64,000 nt of DNA from an uncultured delta proteobacterium (lineage in GTDB: Bacteria; Desulfobacterota; WTBG01). The notes under the pieces were generated by a model. It searched no databases and was not told the DNA's origin. It saw only the letters and a list, made by a program, of their open reading frames with translations. The position numbers were made by a program, and so were the translations under genes. The stretch spans positions 64,001-128,000 of the forward strand of contig CAWCBP010000012.1 of NCBI GenBank assembly GCA_963793865.1, in the 5' to 3' direction. This document shows positions 11,605 through 19,631 of the stretch, piece by piece (position 1 is the first letter of the stretch; every line of letters begins with the position of its first letter).

Positions 11605-12506
11605 TTATCCTACTGCCCTTCCCAGGGCAATAAAAAGGTGACGGGTATTGATCCCCGGGTCATCCATTTCTTTTATGATCTGTTCTGCGGAGTGGACAAT
11701 CTTTTTAAGCTTTTCCCTGGTCATGTTTCCATTAAGCAGAAGGGCTGAAAGGGCATGAAGGGTATGCTCACACCACCGTTCTGCGGTCATTTCTTTAACG
11801 ACATCCAAGCACTTGTTCAATTCTTTTTCTACCGCCTGTTCTTCACATTCTGCACCGAATACCGGATCACACTCAAGGCACGCGGCATAGTGGATCATAA
11901 TTTCTCCCTGTTCTTTGGGTGTTTTATTTACCACAGGTGTGTAGTCAGGATTTTTTACCATTTCCGCCGCAGCAATATCGAGAATAGTTGTGGTAACCCC
12001 TTTCAATCCTCCGGGCTTTGCCATTTTTTTCCCGAGAGTCTCCGGACCGACAATTTCCTCGCACCTCTTTGGTTTGGTATTCTTCACCAGCTCCTCGGCC
12101 ATTGACTGAATCTTTTGCGCAGCTTCCAGCGAAACACTTCCATCGGAGAGCGACGAGCTCAGGTTAAACCGGGCATGACAGCACCAGGGCACCGTTTCGG
12201 TCTTTCTCAGTTTTTCCCGGTTCTTTCCGCTCACGTACTGGTTTGCCTTGCACATTTCCTTCATCTTCGTGCTGCACCGCTGACACATGCTGATGTACAT
12301 GAGCGCCCTCTCGGGAATCCACCCGGTAGCCCGCTTTTTCTCAAAGGTCGCCACGGAATCCTTTTCATACTGACGCTCACCCACTTTTTCCCTGTATGTG
12401 CTCAGGCAGGTTGAGGAACAATAAAATTTTTCATTCAGTTCCATGGGGTAATTCGTAATGTTACCGCATTGATCACACCTGATGACTTCTTCTCTTATGC
12501 TCTCAT
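11605..12506 (-). CDS. Cys-rich putative metal-binding protein: TRASH-like finger plus two CxxCx7C...WCxH helical repeats
   Basis: The frame is open upstream of the annotated Met (REEVIRCDQCGNITNYPMELNEKFYCSSTC). Units are CQRCSTKMKEMC...WCCH and CLECDPVFGAEC...WCEH. The start is uncertain: ATG 12506 needs a 2-nt correction. Confidence 0.85.
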
Positions 12507-12543
12507 TTAAACCTGCATCTACCGTGAGACCCTCATTACAGAC

Positions 12544-12784
12544 TTATTCATAGATCTTGTCTTTTATCCTGTATCCATGAGATTCAATGGCTTTTTCGAA
12601 ATCGATGAGACTGTATTGCTGAGGAGAATAACAAACAGTAACGGTCTTACCGGGTAAACTCACCGAATAACTAAATGATACCTTCAAACTTACGAAATTC
12701 ATTTTCAAGCGTCCGGGCACACCCTTTACAGGTCATATTGAGAATTTCTATGGTTTCCTCAATTTTTTCTTTCTGCACCGACAT
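12544..12784 (-). CDS. HMA-domain (CopZ-like) protein with a +1 frameshift near 12672
   Basis: MSVQKEKIEETIEILNMTCKGCARTLE...; removing one T restores SYSVSLPGKTVTVCY...AIESHGYRIK; RBS AGGAGGTG. Confidence 0.8.
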
Positions 12785-12838
12785 GCTCACATCACCTCCT
12801 ATGAGTATAAAAACTTTTCCAGGAAAACATGTGCACTG

Positions 12839-13120
12839 CTATTTTTTAACCCCATGCTTGTACACAGCGGTTATAAGCTCCTCTATCTTTTCGCCCGCCT
12901 TGCCCTCCAAAATAGCCTGGGCTACACAGCTTTCGATGTGGCGTTTCATGATCATTCTGGCCACGCCGTCAAGCGCGTTCTTCGCCGCTGACAATTGATT
13001 GATGATGTCTATGCAGTATTTTTCCTGGTCTACCATTTTTGCAACACCGCGCACCTGACCCTCTATTTTTTTTAGCCGCTTCAAGGACTCCGCCTTAACC
13101 TTGGCATTGATCATTACCAT
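12839..13120 (-). CDS. csoR: Copper-sensing repressor CsoR
   Basis: RLKKIEGQVRG, YCIDI and HIESC (Cys/His/Cys Cu ligands). Confidence 0.92.
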   Translation of the reverse strand: MVMINAKVKAESLKRLKKIEGQVRGVAKMVDQEKYCIDIINQLSAAKNALDGVARMIMKRHIESCVAQAILEGKAGEKIEELITAVYKHGVKK

Positions 13121-13143
13121 TCTCCCGTGTATGTGGATTGTAC

Positions 13144-13162
13144 TATACCCCTGTAGGGTATA
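13144..13162. promoter_or_regulatory. CsoR operator
   Basis: Palindrome TATACCC-CTGTA-GGGTATA just upstream of csoR; matches the C/G-tract CsoR operator type and overlaps a TATAGT -10-like hexamer. Confidence 0.85.
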
Positions 13163-13325
13163 TCTGACATAACCCATGTGCACCTGTTTGTCAATAGCGG
13201 AAGCTTATGGTCATCTCATTGGCCCGAGACCATAACTTTCTGCCCTACCCTCACAGGAGAGAATTGGCCGGGGTTCCGGGGCGCTTCTATGGCGTAAAGC
13301 GTGATAGCGTGTTGTGAACCGGTAG

Positions 13326-13730
13326 TTATAGGAGAAATGATGTGTTGAGGAGAAAAATGGATGCGGGGGAATGGAGGATAGGTGGGGCGTGGTTGTTGTT
13401 TGCTGCGTCAGGAGAAGAGGGGACGGGGCGCAAGAGACTCTGGAAGGAAAGGGTTAATAAATGGTCCTTTTCCAAGGGGCTATAATGGCTGCCGGAGGCG
13501 GGCTGGTTGTCCACGGGGATATCCCGGCAGTTCATACACGGGGCTTTAGTACCGTTGTCCTGGTGCTGAAAACTTTTCCCTCCCGGTCGGCTTTTTTCTG
13601 TGCAGCTGCATTTACACGCGCTGCTTGTGCAACAGGAACATGCTGCGCGCGCCGGCAGGGGGAAAGATGAAATGAGCCAGGCAGTTAGGAGTAACAGTAT
13701 AAAAAGTCTTTTATTTTTGAAAAGATACAT
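13326..13730 (-). CDS. Exported Cys-rich protein with C-terminal PP...LLxxxFLL motif (DUF2946/CutF/CruR-like candidate)
   Basis: Signal peptide, CSCC...CKCSC, CMNC and HAPPILHSPASIFLLNTSFLL; it is the first ORF upstream of the copper genes. Confidence 0.7.
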   Translation of the reverse strand: MYLFKNKRLFILLLLTAWLISSFPLPARAACSCCTSSACKCSCTEKSRPGGKSFQHQDNGTKAPCMNCRDIPVDNQPASGSHYSPLEKDHLLTLSFQSLLRPVPSSPDAANNNHAPPILHSPASIFLLNTSFLL

Positions 13731-13942
13731 TGTGGTGCTACTCAAAATGATATATTAGCCTTATTCTCTGTGCATGCGCAGGACCTGCTCACACCTTCTG
13801 ATATAATTTCTGTAAACGCCTGATTCAAACTGAAGGTTTTTATCCGGCATTTTTCTTCCCGGATTTGATATGTTCGTTCACTTGTATTACTAAATCGGCA
13901 GCATTAATCTGATTGATGATAAATTTTTTGGTCATGCATTTA

Positions 13943-14161
13943 TCAGTTTTTGACACACTCCCTTCTCTTCAATCTGACAATATGTTTCATCAGGTAACCC
14001 ATGGGGCAAATAAGCCTGCAATATGATCGGCCTCCGAGCAAGGGAATAGCTATCACAAAATAGAAAAATTCCGCTGTAATAAAATAGACGTGCTTCTGGA
14101 CGGATCGAAGGGGAATAATTAATTCGGGCTTAAATTTTAAATAACCTCTCCCAGATGTCAC
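13943..14161 (-). pseudogene. C-terminal fragment of a NapH/MauN-type 4Fe-4S membrane protein
   Basis: GGRSYCRLICPMG motif with no credible N-terminus. Confidence 0.5.
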
Positions 14162-14311
14162 ACTGACCCCTGCACTATAACCGGCTCATAAAAGATTTTT
14201 CCCAAATATATCACCTGCAAAAAGAGGGCGTCAAGTTTCACACAGGGTCTTGAATGAATAAAACTGGTGCGGCTTGACTAGCAGGATTAAACGTTGTATA
14301 AGGAAGAAAAC

Positions 14312-14389
<78 letters not shown>

Positions 14390-14428
14390 ATGAAATTAAG
14401 CACTTACACGTTTATGTAGGTGCTTTTT

Positions 14429-14716
14429 TCATGGCTGAACCTCTTCTGCTACCATTTTGCTACCGGTTGCTTCATTTTTGCTACTAAAAAGGGTAGCTCT
14501 GAGCTTCACGGCCTCCTCATTATTAACTGGCTTCATGAGGTGACCATAGATGTCCATGGTAACCTGGATCGAACTGTGACCGAGTTGACTCTGGATGTAT
14601 TTGATGTTCTGTCCTGCCTCTATCCGTAAGCTGGCGTTGGTGTGTCTGAGCAAGTGGAATCGATACCGGGGTAGGCCAGCCCTTCTTAAGGTGGGATACC
14701 AGATACGCTTTATCAT
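14429..14716 (-). pseudogene. Tyrosine recombinase/integrase C-terminal fragment
   Basis: RFHLLRHT and QLGHSSIQVTMDIYGH (H-x-x-R, H and Y catalytic residues); the N-terminus is missing. Confidence 0.88.
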
Positions 14717-15139
14717 GTTGGTTGCATCATTAACTCATATTCCTTGGTTAATTCTAAAGCTGGCTGTTCTTCTTTCTTGCCATGCTCCACCTCTACCGTG
14801 GTCTACTTTTAAATGGTCGGGGCCAGGCTCGCAATAAAGTTACCAGTTTTCGGTGGCCTCCCTAGACCCCGATCATATGTCAGATGTATTTATATCATAG
14901 GAGAGTTACTGGGTAAAGATGTGCTTAAATCAATATGCCTTGATTCCATCGTATTTTTGCCATAGGATATCTGCGAAAGGTGGACAAGATGTATACAGCT
15001 AATCCGGAACATTGCTCAATAGCTGAATCACAGACAATAAGCGCAAAAGCATCCATGTTTACTGCGCAACATCTGCCGTGGACGAAGGCGCATTATATTC
15101 TCCTCGCCTTGATTATTTTACTCACAGGCGCGGCACAGA

Positions 15140-15587
15140 TATATTTGTTAGCGTAAGCGGGGGGCGTAGTAATATAGCGAGCGCTATCGGCGCCAGCGTG
15201 AGCGGGGGATCATCTAATACGGCGAGCGGTTCGTCTGCCAGCGTGAGCGGAGGGCAAAATAATACAGCAAGCGGCAACGGTTCCTTTGTTGGAGGTGGTG
15301 GTAGTGACACAGCAGCAGATGGGAATACGGCATTTGCCAACTATTCAGCAGTGCTTGGAGGGATTCATAACTTAGCTGGAGATAGTAACCTCACAGACCA
15401 CACTATTGGGAGTTGGTCCAGCGTAAGTGGGGGAGCTAAAAATACAGCATGCAGTTTAAATGCAAGCGTAAGTGGGGGAGAGAATAATACAGCAAGCAAT
15501 GTAAGTACCAGCGTGAGCGGGGGACTCAACCGCAGTGCAACAGGCGTTGATGATTGGGTAGCTGGCAGTTATTTTCAGGACAACTAA
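15140..15587 (+). pseudogene. C-terminal fragment of the SVSGGxxNxASG-repeat surface protein family
   Basis: Same repeats and C-terminus (DWVAGSYFQDN) as 57410-58454 and 59182-60504; signal peptide and N-terminal domain are absent. Confidence 0.8.
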
Positions 15588-16176
15588 TCACTATGCATGG
15601 CCCGTCCGTGGAGGACATTGATTGATGATTTGGTGATTTGAGTTATGTGGTGTAACCAAGGCAGGGGTCAAAACGGCTCCTGCCTTTACCATTCCCCTCT
15701 CTCAGACAGATCCTCCTGATCCCCATCTACCATCTCGGCATTCTGAGCATTAGTATCCTTTCTTTCAATAATGAACACCTGCTCCTGATATATGTGCTCT
15801 GGGAGTTTGTCCCATACCTGATCCAATAGCAGATTGAGTATCCTCAAGCTGTTTCTGCCTTCTTCATGATGAAGATACAAAATTCATGAGCTCTCTTGCA
15901 AAATTTTTTAGTCAATAAATAGCTAATTTATAAGATGTTTTATAAAAAAGTGTTTAAATCATGATTAATTGCACTTGACTATGTGTTTAGTCATTTGGTA
16001 TACTATACATAATTGATAAATTATATTAATGGTTTCTATATGATATACTTTATAATTATAATAAAAGAATTAAAGCTTCCATTTTTAAGTAAGGGGTTTG
16101 GCTCAATAGGTTACATACCAACGGTCAAACCCTTTTATTTCTAGTGTATCAATATGCATCTAATAAGGAGACATGT

Positions 16177-17010
16177 ATGAAAAAAAATCGGTATGGAATG
16201 CTTGGTATCACCTTTCTTTGCATATTATTATCATTTACAAGTACCCTCCTTGCTTTTGAATGCGTAGCACCCGTTGGCCAGAACTGTCTTCAATGTCATG
16301 TCCGCACTGATATCCACAATTTCCATTGGAATGAAATTGGTCTTACAGATCCCGCTGAATGTTCGCTATGCCACTCCGGGGATCCGCTAACATCTGCCTG
16401 TGAGGATCTGCCTCATGGTTACGCTCCGGTTGAAACTTCGGGCTGCGCCAATTGTCATTCTCAATGTTACGAGGTACAGAACCATATCCCAAGATCAGGC
16501 AATTGCACAACCTGTCATGCACAGACAAATATAGGGTTGGATGATGATTGTGACGGTATCTGCAATCCCGGTATAGTAGATGTTTCCTGCACGGGTTCAG
16601 ATAACTGTTCTTCGAATCCCAATGGCCCACTCCTTGGTACCTGTACAAAAGGAGTGGTGGGAAGAACGTGCGTAAGCAACGACCAGTGCGGAACAGGTGG
16701 TTTCTGCAGTACCAACCAAGATGACACCTATCCGCTGGGGGGGAACAATTGCGGTAATGTCTGTGAATGTGAGGGGAACTTCAGTATTGACGTGGATGTG
16801 GACGGCGGTGATGCAGCAACCTTTAAGGCTAACTTCGGCAGAGGTGGACTCAATAGACCCTGTACCAACGGTGATCTCTGCAACGGCGATTTTACCTGTG
16901 ATGGGAATGTGAGCGGATCTGATGCGGCACTTTTTAAATCTGATTTCGGTAGAAATGCAATAAACAACCCCTGTTCCTCCTGCGCAACAGATCCGTGGTG
17001 TGTGTATTAG
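16177..17010 (+). CDS. Exported tetraheme c-type cytochrome with a Cys-rich linker and a C-terminal dockerin/EF-hand-like domain
   Basis: Signal peptide; CLQCH, CSLCH, CANCH and CTTCH; CEGNFSIDVDVDGGDAATFKANFGR and CNGDFTCDGNVSGSDAALFKSDFGR; RBS AAGGAG. Confidence 0.88.
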   Translation: MKKNRYGMLGITFLCILLSFTSTLLAFECVAPVGQNCLQCHVRTDIHNFHWNEIGLTDPAECSLCHSGDPLTSACEDLPHGYAPVETSGCANCHSQCYEVQNHIPRSGNCTTCHAQTNIGLDDDCDGICNPGIVDVSCTGSDNCSSNPNGPLLGTCTKGVVGRTCVSNDQCGTGGFCSTNQDDTYPLGGNNCGNVCECEGNFSIDVDVDGGDAATFKANFGRGGLNRPCTNGDLCNGDFTCDGNVSGSDAALFKSDFGRNAINNPCSSCATDPWCVY

Positions 17011-17133
17011 GTTAGCAAATAAAGCTTAGAGTAGTATCAGAGAAGATTATTATTCATGTTCCAAGATAATATGGAGGAAAGCGATTCAATATAAAACTGT
17101 CTTTGTAAAGAAAAATTTAAAAGGAGGAAGTCT

Positions 17134-17646
17134 ATTTTAGATCATTCCCTGGAAATAATTAAAGCTTCTGAACAGGATATTAATGCGATCCATACTCTGA
17201 ATCAGCTTCTGAAAGTGGAGGCATCCGAATTTAGGGGCAATATTTATGATTTTGTAGAGCAAGAAGTGGCTAATGGAAATTATTTCGTTGTTAAAGACAG
17301 CGGGAAGGTTGTAGCAGCCGCTTGCATCTCACCAAGAGATGAAGGTGTGTATCTTGAAACCATTGCCATATCCGAAGCATATCAAAGAAAAAGCATTGGC
17401 TCAAAGCTGATCGAATATGCAAAAAAGATCACAAAAGATCATGGATTTGATAAACTTCTTTTAGATACGTATCGTCAGTACAGTGCGGACGCTTTTTACA
17501 CTAAGTGCGGTTTTAAGAAGATACCTACGTGGGCAGAATACAAAGGGAAGCCTTATCATAAGTTCTTAATTGAATTGCCGTTTACTACTGATGCTAAATA
17601 TTCTACTAGCCATGCCAGTGGCATCGACTTAAGTCACTTTGGTTGA
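17134..17646 (+). CDS. GNAT acetyltransferase (possible ATT start)
   Basis: YQRKSIGSKL and FYTKCGF motifs; the frame is open back to ATT at 17134, which follows an AAGGAGG RBS. Confidence 0.75.
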   Translation: MLDHSLEIIKASEQDINAIHTLNQLLKVEASEFRGNIYDFVEQEVANGNYFVVKDSGKVVAAACISPRDEGVYLETIAISEAYQRKSIGSKLIEYAKKITKDHGFDKLLLDTYRQYSADAFYTKCGFKKIPTWAEYKGKPYHKFLIELPFTTDAKYSTSHASGIDLSHFG

Positions 17647-18194
17647 GTGCCATGAGGCAGGGGTCAAAACGGCTCCTGCCTTTATTCTTCCTCTCCTTTC
17701 GGTAGATACTTCTGCTCCCCATCTATCACCGCTGCATCCTGAGCGTCAGTAGTCTTCCTTTCCATAAAGAACACCCCCCCCTGCTGGATTTGCTCTGGGG
17801 GTTTGCCTGAGTAGACTTTCTGAAACTTACAGTACAACTCTTGACTAAAGCATATTAAAGGGTTAGAATCTATATGTCTGCGATGCTCGTTAACAAGTGG
17901 ACTTGGCAAAATCTAACAGACCAGTGAAAAATGCCCTTTGGTTACGGCAACCCTTTGTAGGGTAACTAGTTGAATTAAAGATTTGAGCCAATGAACTAAA
18001 CGGCAAATGCGGACGATATTTGAAACCCCTCATTGGTTGTTCCTTTGAGGGGTTTCTATTTCTATCATCTGCTACCATTTTGCTACCATAACAAGCCAAA
18101 ACAAGCTGTAACCAGGTGGAAGAAGAAATTGAAAAACACTTATTTTCTTTGCTCTTGGTGTATCCTGGTATCTCTTGATAGGGCAACAGAACCA

Positions 18195-18240
18195 ACTTCT
18201 AATCCGTAGGTCGGGCCTTCGAATCGCCCTAGGCGTACCA
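18195..18240 (+). repeat. attR: degenerate copy of the tRNA-Arg 3' end
   Basis: ACTTCTAATCCGTAGGTCGGGCCTTCGAATCGCCCTAGGCGTACCA versus 14343-14389. Confidence 0.9.
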
Positions 18241-18808
18241 GAGAAATCACGCGCCTTGCCTTTTGGCAGGGTGCCTTTTTTTATGCTTTGCCTGGTTCTG
18301 CCGCGCGAAACAACACATCACCGCAATATAAATATATTTATTCATTTATGTTATACAAAATTGCCTCGTGTAAAATCAGGGTTTGCGAATACAAAAATCA
18401 GGGTTTTGCCTATTGCGCGTTATTTGATTTTATGTTTCAATGCAGCTGTGGAATGCAAAAGCATTTCATTCTTAACACCTCCTGTTGAGGGGAATGGCGG
18501 GAAACATCATTCCCCTCTTTTTCTGACCGGCTGAAACCTTTTTCAGACTCTTACGTTTAAACAATCAAAGCAAAAAATTGCTTTTCATTCTTCACCCCTC
18601 CAAGATAGAAAGAGGAAAGATGTCTGAGCATCGTTCCTCTTTTTATTCTTTCATAAAAGGCTTGTACCGCAGGGTGGTTAATCACCCTTTAAGCTGCAGA
18701 GAAGATTCCCAAAAGAACAGTTGATATTTTTATGTGCGCGGCTGAAAAAAGTTAAAACTATTTTGAGAAAGATTCGTTTACCAGTTTAAACAAGCAACAT
18801 AACGTAAG

Positions 18809-18870
18809 AAGCGAAGAGTCGATGACCATTTTGCCCCCCTCCTTTTTGGTTATCGTTCTTCGCTTTTTTT
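18809..18870 (+). ncRNA. Candidate sRNA hairpin with anti-SD loop and U-tail (copy 1)
   Basis: Stem AAGCGAAGAGTCGATGACCA/TGGTTATCGTTCTTCGCTT with loop TTTTGCCCCCCTCCTTTT; G:U pairs favour the + strand; paralog at 28109-28200. Confidence 0.55.
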
Positions 18871-18911
18871 AATTTCCTTTCAGCATGTCTATACGGCACG
18901 AATAAAAAATG

Positions 18912-19556
18912 CTATTTGATGATTTTTTCTTTGCCCGATCCGTTGCTATCAAGATTTAACAGCTCATACAGTTCCTTTTCGCGTTCCCCGGCATTTGTCT
19001 GCTTTAACAGATCATACGATTTTTTTGCCCATTCTTTATTTTTACTCTTATGAAAAAGCAGCCCTGCCTTGTATAAATAATCAGCCGCCTGATCATGAGC
19101 GCCCCTGGTTAAATAAGATTTTCCAAGATTAAACAGCGCCGGTGCCAGATTGGGGTCGGCAGAGACAGCCTTCTCATATTCGGAATGGGCTTTTTCTGCC
19201 ATTCCTTTTTTCTCATAGGTGATTCCCAGGTTATTGTGTGCCTGCGCATGACGAGGGTTAACGGCAAGAACCTGTTCATATGCGGCAATTGAATCATCGA
19301 GCATGCCTTTCTTGCCGAAGGCTACTCCAAGATTATACTTTATATCAATAGATTCAGGGTCCAGGGCGAGAGCCTGCTTGTAAAATGTGATTGCCTCATC
19401 ATAGCGCTTAGCGCCGAAAGACTGATTCCCCCTAATAATCATCTGATTTGCCTCGTCTTTTTTCCCAATGGCCGGTTTTTTATCCGACACCTCAGCCTGT
19501 CCGACGCCGCCCAGCAAAATTAATGCTGCCAAACAAAAGAAAACGCTTTTTTTCAT
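18912..19556 (-). CDS. Exported tetratricopeptide repeat protein
   Basis: Signal peptide; YNLGVAF, HNNLGITY and FNLGKSY TPR motifs; GAGGAGG RBS. Confidence 0.88.
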   Translation of the reverse strand: MKKSVFFCLAALILLGGVGQAEVSDKKPAIGKKDEANQMIIRGNQSFGAKRYDEAITFYKQALALDPESIDIKYNLGVAFGKKGMLDDSIAAYEQVLAVNPRHAQAHNNLGITYEKKGMAEKAHSEYEKAVSADPNLAPALFNLGKSYLTRGAHDQAADYLYKAGLLFHKSKNKEWAKKSYDLLKQTNAGEREKELYELLNLDSNGSGKEKIIK

Positions 19557-19631
19557 AAGAAGCCTCCTCACCGATTTTTTTTGCAAAGCTGGTGATCAAA
19601 TATGCACGTGTCGCCTGCAATGATTTTCCTT

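Noticed and set aside
15140..15587. Diversity-generating retroelement template/variable repeat pair with the SVSGG genes
   Set aside because: There is no reverse transcriptase in the window and no evident adenine-specific mismatch pattern; it looks like ordinary paralogy.
18195..18240. Second tRNA gene
   Set aside because: Only the 3' half is present, with no D-arm or acceptor 5' strand, so it is attR.
18759..18830. 23-aa minus-strand peptide (MVIDSSLLTLCCLFKLVNESFSK) with a sequestered RBS, as a type I toxin
   Set aside because: The paralogous locus has ACG instead of ATG and a largely unrelated peptide, and the G:U pairs and U-tail favour the opposite strand.
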